A stretch of 64,000 bases of DNA, from positions 64,001 through 128,000 of the forward strand of contig CAXXMB010000001.1 of the NCBI GenBank assembly GCA_963668675.2, written 5' to 3'. Below are positions 59,282 through 64,000 of the stretch, piece by piece (position 1 is the first letter of the stretch; each line of letters begins with the position of its first letter). A model generated the notes under the pieces. That model was given only the letters and a program-made list of their open reading frames with translations. It did not search any database and had not been told where the DNA came from. Both the position numbers and the translations under genes were made by a program. The stretch comes from an uncultured Desulfatitalea sp. GTDB lineage: Bacteria; Desulfobacterota; Desulfobacteria; Desulfobacterales; Desulfosarcinaceae.

Positions 59282-60247
59282 CTACTTGTAAATCTTGTCG
59301 GCCGTCTCAAGCAGTACAGCCGGAATGGCGATGCCCATCTTTTCAGCGGCCTGGGCGTTGATATGCAGCTGCAGTTCTTCCTGAAACTCTACCGGTGTCG
59401 CTGCAGGGGCGGCCCCCTTCAGTATCCTTTGGGCCAGTTTTCCTGTCTGGAGACCGTGTTTGTAGTAGTCGAAGCCCATGGCGGCCACCGACCCTCGCTT
59501 GACCGAGTCGACGTCCGCGTTGAACAGGGGCAGCTTGTTCTGTTCACACACCTTGATGGCCGACTCCAAGGCCGACACCACCGTGTTGTCGGTGGGGATG
59601 AAGACGGCGTCAACCTTTCCCACCAGGCTCTTGGCGGCTTGGTAGACGTCGCTCGATTTGGAGATGGCCGCCTCTACGATCTCGAACCCCATCTTCTGGG
59701 CTTCTGCCTGAAACAGGGGTACCAGTACTTTCGAGTTGACCTCTCCGGCATTGTAGAGAAACCCCATTCGTTTGATCTTGGGCAGAAAAGTTTTGACCAT
59801 CATCAGATGACGGTTGACCGGAAGCATGTCGGAGACGCCGGTGATGTTGGCGCCCGGGTGCTTGAGATCCTTGACCAGGCCGGCGCCAACCGGATCGGTG
59901 ACGGCCGTAAAAAGCATGGGGGTTTTCTGCATATGCGGAGATTTCTTGAGCGCCTGGGCGCACGCCTGGGCTGTGGGGGTGGCAATGGCCAGGATGAGAT
60001 CCGGCTTCTCGCCCATGATCTGGTGGCCGATCTGGTTGGCCGTGGCCATATTGGCCTGGGCATTGTGGATGTTGTAGGTAACCGTCACGCCGTTTTCACG
60101 CAGATTGTCCTGAAACCCCTTCAATACGGCATCCAGGGCCGGATGCTCGACAAATTGACTGACGGAAACCTGATACGATTGGGCTTGCACCATCGAAGCC
60201 GTCAATACGACCATCACAATGGCGAGCATCAATATGGATTTTTTCAT
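59282..60247 (-). CDS. ABC transporter substrate-binding protein (ABC_sub_bind family)
   Basis: Signal peptide MKKSIL..., QFVEHPALD, AIATPTAQA, FTAVTDP, NITGVSD and PTDNTV. Confidence 0.92.
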   Translation of the reverse strand: MKKSILMLAIVMVVLTASMVQAQSYQVSVSQFVEHPALDAVLKGFQDNLRENGVTVTYNIHNAQANMATANQIGHQIMGEKPDLILAIATPTAQACAQALKKSPHMQKTPMLFTAVTDPVGAGLVKDLKHPGANITGVSDMLPVNRHLMMVKTFLPKIKRMGFLYNAGEVNSKVLVPLFQAEAQKMGFEIVEAAISKSSDVYQAAKSLVGKVDAVFIPTDNTVVSALESAIKVCEQNKLPLFNADVDSVKRGSVAAMGFDYYKHGLQTGKLAQRILKGAAPAATPVEFQEELQLHINAQAAEKMGIAIPAVLLETADKIYK

Positions 60248-60426
60248 AGCGTACGCTCCTGTCATTATGGATAGATGCCCAGAATTGTTCTTCTGCGAGC
60301 AATTTAAAACCCCGGTCTGTATAAGCAAATACACCGTGTGGGTCAAGCCATCCCATTTTCGCTCGTGACAGGTGACAGGGCGCTGCCAAGGATCGGTGCA
60401 AAAGCGCCTCTTGGGCCGAGCGCTAC

Positions 60427-61374
60427 TTATCCCCGCATGGGTTGCACGGCCTCGGATGGCCTCGCCTGTCGCCGTTGGCTGATGTAGACGCCCGCCATGA
60501 TGGTCGCGGCTGCCAGGCACTGGCGCGGCGTAAAGGACTCGTCCAGCATCATCCAGCCCATTATTACGGTGAATACCGGTATCAGATTTACAAAGGCTGA
60601 CGCCTGGCTGGCGGGGATATGCTTGACGCCGTAATTATAGAGCCCGTATGCCCCCAACGTGATAACAGCGCCCAAATAGATGACCGCCAGGCCGGCTGAC
60701 GGTTCGAAGTGAAGCGGCAGCTGAGTGGCGGGCAGAAAAAGCGAGGGCAAGAAGAAGATGCTGCCGACGAAGGCCTGCATGGCCGTCAGAAACAGAGGCG
60801 AATACCGGTCGGAGAGATGCTTGAGCGTAATGGTGTAACCGGTGGCGCACACCATGGCGAGCATTTCATAGATGTTGCCTATCACGGGGTCGGGTGCATC
60901 GGTTGACGGAACGCCCTCCAGTGTCAGCCAGCACACTCCCGCAACGGCCGTAAGTGAGCCGATCCAGGTGTCTCTTCCGACCCGCTCCTTGAGGAGCCAT
61001 CCGGCCGACAGCGCCACTAAAATGGGCAGCATGGCAGTGATCATGCCGGCCTGGGAGGCCGAGGTGTGGATGAGGGCTCTGGCTTCGAAGATAAAGTAGA
61101 GGCACGGTTCGCAAAAGGCCATGAGGAGGATCCATTTCAGATCCCCGGATCGAAAATTCACTGCATTTCGAAACCAACGGTAGAAGAAGAGAAAACAGAG
61201 GCTGGCCACTGCCATGCGCGCAAAGATCACCACCATGGGATCGTACACCCGGAAGGCGATTTTGAGCGCGATAAATGAGCTGGCCCACAGCACCATGGCC
61301 AGCAGCAGGCCAAGGGTGGGCAGATAGCGATGTCGGTTGAACGGTTGCATTGCGGTGATCCACACCTGTTTCAT
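60427..61374 (-). CDS. EamA/DMT family transporter
   Basis: Motifs LWASSF, EPCLYF, ASQAG and NLIPVF; about 10 TMs. The start may be 61350. Confidence 0.9.
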   Translation of the reverse strand: MKQVWITAMQPFNRHRYLPTLGLLLAMVLWASSFIALKIAFRVYDPMVVIFARMAVASLCFLFFYRWFRNAVNFRSGDLKWILLMAFCEPCLYFIFEARALIHTSASQAGMITAMLPILVALSAGWLLKERVGRDTWIGSLTAVAGVCWLTLEGVPSTDAPDPVIGNIYEMLAMVCATGYTITLKHLSDRYSPLFLTAMQAFVGSIFFLPSLFLPATQLPLHFEPSAGLAVIYLGAVITLGAYGLYNYGVKHIPASQASAFVNLIPVFTVIMGWMMLDESFTPRQCLAAATIMAGVYISQRRQARPSEAVQPMRG

Positions 61375-61435
61375 TCAGCTTATATTGACGCGACCGGGCG
61401 CGGCGAATTGTTGCAAGGCCGTTTGGAGGAAAACG

Positions 61436-62158
61436 CTATATGCGTTCCAGGAGCTCCCTTTTTTTGGCATCGAACTCCTCCTGGGTGATAATCCCCTTGT
61501 CGAGCAGATCTTTGAGCTTCTCCAGCTTTTCGAATGCATCGTCGCCAGAGGGGGGTGTCTGCTGATCTGCCGCAGTTGCTTTGGGGGCAGGCGCCTGGGG
61601 CGGTGTTGCTTCGACGGCCCCTTTTGGCGTCGGAGGTGGGCTGGTGACCACCGGCGGGGCTGCCTCCGGTGTGGAAACGGCCGTTACCGTTTTTCCACGG
61701 TTGGTTTGGTCGAGCGTCGCTTTGATCTGTTGGTCCAATTTTTCCAGGTTGCCGGGGCCTGCCTTCAGGTCGCCGTTGCCTTTGAGCCTATAGGTGAAGC
61801 CGGTGACCCGGTTGCCCTTGGGGGCGGTTCCTTCGACACGGAGGATGTCCACCTCGTAGATATAGGTGGTCTCTTTGAAGCGGGCGTAGCGAACATCGCC
61901 CGGGCGCAACTGTTCATGCACAAACAGCCCCACCCGCGGTTTGGCCAATCTGTAGATTTTTTGTTCGGGCAGCACTTCATGCATGGCCCAGTAGACCAGA
62001 TCCAGGGCCTCCTGCTCACTGACCTGATAGACAACTCCTGACGATGATTCGTCGAGAAGTTTGGTGGTGGGCTTATAGCCCGAACAGCCCATTGCCATTG
62101 CCCCTGCCAGGCAGGAACAGATTGCCATGATTTTGATCAGCCATCGGTATCGCATCAT
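61436..62158 (-). CDS. SHOCT-domain lipoprotein
   Basis: Lipobox-like AMG-C, Pro/Ala-rich linker, C-terminal LEKLKDLLDKGIITQEEFDAKKRELL. Confidence 0.85.
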   Translation of the reverse strand: MMRYRWLIKIMAICSCLAGAMAMGCSGYKPTTKLLDESSSGVVYQVSEQEALDLVYWAMHEVLPEQKIYRLAKPRVGLFVHEQLRPGDVRYARFKETTYIYEVDILRVEGTAPKGNRVTGFTYRLKGNGDLKAGPGNLEKLDQQIKATLDQTNRGKTVTAVSTPEAAPPVVTSPPPTPKGAVEATPPQAPAPKATAADQQTPPSGDDAFEKLEKLKDLLDKGIITQEEFDAKKRELLERI

Positions 62159-62177
62159 CAGCCCCTCTGTTGCGACA

Positions 62178-62209
62178 GGCCTGCGATCCTCTGCTGCGGA
62201 TCGCAGGCC
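62178..62209. terminator. hairpin downstream of the porin gene
   Basis: GGCCTGCGATCC-N8-GGATCGCAGGCC. Confidence 0.5.
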
Positions 62210-62256
62210 CGTATGGTGTTGCAAGTGGATCGGGTATTTACTTCCGGTCAAACAGC

Positions 62257-63429
62257 TTAGAAGCTGACCATCGCGGACAACTGAATGCGGTTCAACTCGC
62301 CATCCCGACCGTCGTAGACCTCGCGCTCGCCACGAAGGTACTCGATGCCGAGACGGGTATTGGGTACCGGGTTGAACATCAGGTTGGCGTGGATGCTGAA
62401 GGTCTCTTCGGTAATATCGGTGCCCTGCAGCTCGATCGGGTCGTCGGCTTTGCTGTAGCCCACGACCAGGGTGGAGCGCCAGGTGCCGACCCAGTAGTGC
62501 TGATAAGCGACGAAGCCGGCCAGTTGGTCCAGGGAGTCAATGTTGCCGCCGGCATCCACGACCGCATCCGGATGGGTCGCAAGGCTGCTGTAGCGGCCGA
62601 GACCCTGCCCGTATTGAATGGCACCCATGACGCTGTCTTGGCCGAAAAGCTTGACCATAGCGCCAACCTGCCCGGAAAGCGCCAGGGCTGAGTCGTCCGC
62701 CGTGGCAGTTTCAACCACGAGTTTTCTGGCCATAACCGCTGCTGATATGTTTCCCCAGCTGGGCGTCATGGTAAAGCGGGCGATGATGTCCGGCATATCG
62801 TCGTCATCGGCCACATTCAATGCCCCGCCCTCGGCGTAGTAGGTTTCCGGGTTTTCCAAGGCAAAATCCATGCTGGTCATGTCGTTCATGTTCCAGGTGT
62901 AGCGCACCATTGCCTGACGAACGAACATCGAGCCGGTAGGACCACCGAAATCGTTGATCTCCGGCAGTGAATAAAGATGCATGAACGTGGACCATGTTTG
63001 CCCGAACAGAAACCCCTTCAGGGTGCCGTAAGCGTGACGCAGGCGGAAGCCGCGGGAATTGGAGACTACCTGGCTGCTCTCCTCTGTGTCGAAGTCCCCC
63101 TCCAAATGGGTCTTCAGGGGGCCCAATTTGGTAGGCGTGGTGGTTTTGACCCAGAGGCGGCTTTCACGGGCGTTGAAGACGATTTCATCCGTGCCTTCCT
63201 CATCACCATCCAGTGGCACCCCACTAGGAACGTACTCGATATTGGCCTGGCTGTCATCGCCGGCCGATACGTCGTTATAGACAACATCTAGCTTCACGTA
63301 ACCACCTATATCGATGGTGGTGTCCGAGCCGGGAACCTGGAAGCCAATGGCCATGGCGGCGGTCGGTGCCGCGATCAGCATCGCTGCCACAAGGGCGCCA
63401 ATTCCAAAAAATCCTATCCACTTCTTCAT
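62257..63429 (-). CDS. DcaP-family trimeric outer-membrane porin
   Basis: Signal peptide, IGGYVKLD, ARESRL, RLRHAYG, GQTWSTF, ALENPE and a C-terminal Phe. Confidence 0.9.
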   Translation of the reverse strand: MKKWIGFFGIGALVAAMLIAAPTAAMAIGFQVPGSDTTIDIGGYVKLDVVYNDVSAGDDSQANIEYVPSGVPLDGDEEGTDEIVFNARESRLWVKTTTPTKLGPLKTHLEGDFDTEESSQVVSNSRGFRLRHAYGTLKGFLFGQTWSTFMHLYSLPEINDFGGPTGSMFVRQAMVRYTWNMNDMTSMDFALENPETYYAEGGALNVADDDDMPDIIARFTMTPSWGNISAAVMARKLVVETATADDSALALSGQVGAMVKLFGQDSVMGAIQYGQGLGRYSSLATHPDAVVDAGGNIDSLDQLAGFVAYQHYWVGTWRSTLVVGYSKADDPIELQGTDITEETFSIHANLMFNPVPNTRLGIEYLRGEREVYDGRDGELNRIQLSAMVSF

Positions 63430-63539
63430 TTTTCTCCTCCTGCTTACAATTGCCGTTGTTTGTGGTGGACGGCGGAATCCGATATGCCGCCGCTGAACCG
63501 CACTCCGATCGTGCGACTCTCAATGGGTGGGAAGCTTTG

Positions 63540-63590
63540 TTTATGACAAATTAGGGGTTCATGTGTCAAGAATTCTAACATGAGCGCTCA
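63540..63590 (-). promoter_or_regulatory. probable sigma70 promoter of the porin gene with adjacent palindrome
   Basis: Minus-strand TTGACA (63569-63564), N18, CATAAA. Palindrome TGAGCGCTCA at 63581-63590. Confidence 0.45.
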
Positions 63591-63655
63591 CACCAGCATC
63601 GATAGGAGGCCGAGTCGCGATACAAAGGATGTTTTTTATACGTAAATATAGATAG

Positions 63656-64000
63656 TTACTCTATGGATGCAGCGTCAGCTTTGTTGGCCCGCTTTGCCAG
63701 CGCCGGCCATGCCTCGGCCGTGATCATCCCCATTACGATCAGGCCGCCGCCGGCCCAGGCCATCGTCGAGAGATGCTCCCCCGCATAGAGGACGGCGAAG
63801 ATCGCACCGAAGACCGGCTCCAGGGTATAGATCAGGGCCGCCCGGGTCGGGGTTGTCATCTTCTGAAAGACAGTCATGGCCCAGAAGGCGTAGACGGTCG
63901 CAAAGACGCTACATATAATCACGGCCCAGAAGAGCGCGGGGGTCCATTGCCGGGGCCATGTCACCGGTTCGAAAACGAGACTGCCCGAAAGGCCGAGGAG
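63656..64000 (-). CDS. EamA/DMT family transporter, C-terminal part (starts outside the window)
   Basis: Frame is open to the window edge; TPTRAALIYTLEPVFG...GEHLS...GGGLI. Confidence 0.85.
   Translation of the reverse strand, partial: LLGLSGSLVFEPVTWPRQWTPALFWAVIICSVFATVYAFWAMTVFQKMTTPTRAALIYTLEPVFGAIFAVLYAGEHLSTMAWAGGGLIVMGMITAEAWPALAKRANKADAASIE

Overview
Dense, mostly + strand chromosomal window from an anaerobic bacterium, probably Desulfobacterota/Desulfobacterales (inferred from gene content, pil gene order, sigma54 usage and repeat types). It has six blocks. (1) 1-10037: a sigma54 enhancer-binding protein sits between a leftward hypothetical-gdhA-PEP/pyruvate-binding-domain operon and a rightward pntA1A2B transhydrogenase operon. 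PntB has two tandem dIII domains, and both lack the canonical KRS NADP-phosphate motif. (2) ~12.3-33.8 kb: a nitrogen-oxide island with an NnrR-type Crp/Fnr regulator and two matching TTTGCG-N4-CGCAAA boxes. It also encodes DUF1858, ferredoxin, qNor, CBS and HPP proteins, a MacAB-like ABC system, a Cys-rich-sensor class III cyclase with the guanylyl-type Glu, Hcp, a flavodiiron protein, narGHJI and a TDT-family channel. No narK or nitrite reductase is present in the window. (3) Two DHOD-like paralogs flank a stand-alone MetE-like catalytic domain, followed by a Zn-dehydrogenase and a TPP enzyme. (4) fimU-pilW-pilV-pilX-pilY1 and an NdvB-like GH17-GT2 fusion. (5) An orphan VgrG with an atypical C-terminus, plus a HEAT-repeat protein. 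(6) An acyl-CoA ligase and minus-strand transport genes (ABC, EamA, SHOCT lipoprotein, DcaP porin). Also seen: a MITE-like element, a GTAG REP doublet, a DUF2179-like pseudogene fragment and several promoters and hairpins. No rRNA, tRNA or CRISPR array was seen. All family calls come from motif recognition by eye, not database searches. The strongest novelty candidates are the putative NO/redox-linked guanylyl cyclase and the double-dIII, KRS-less transhydrogenase.
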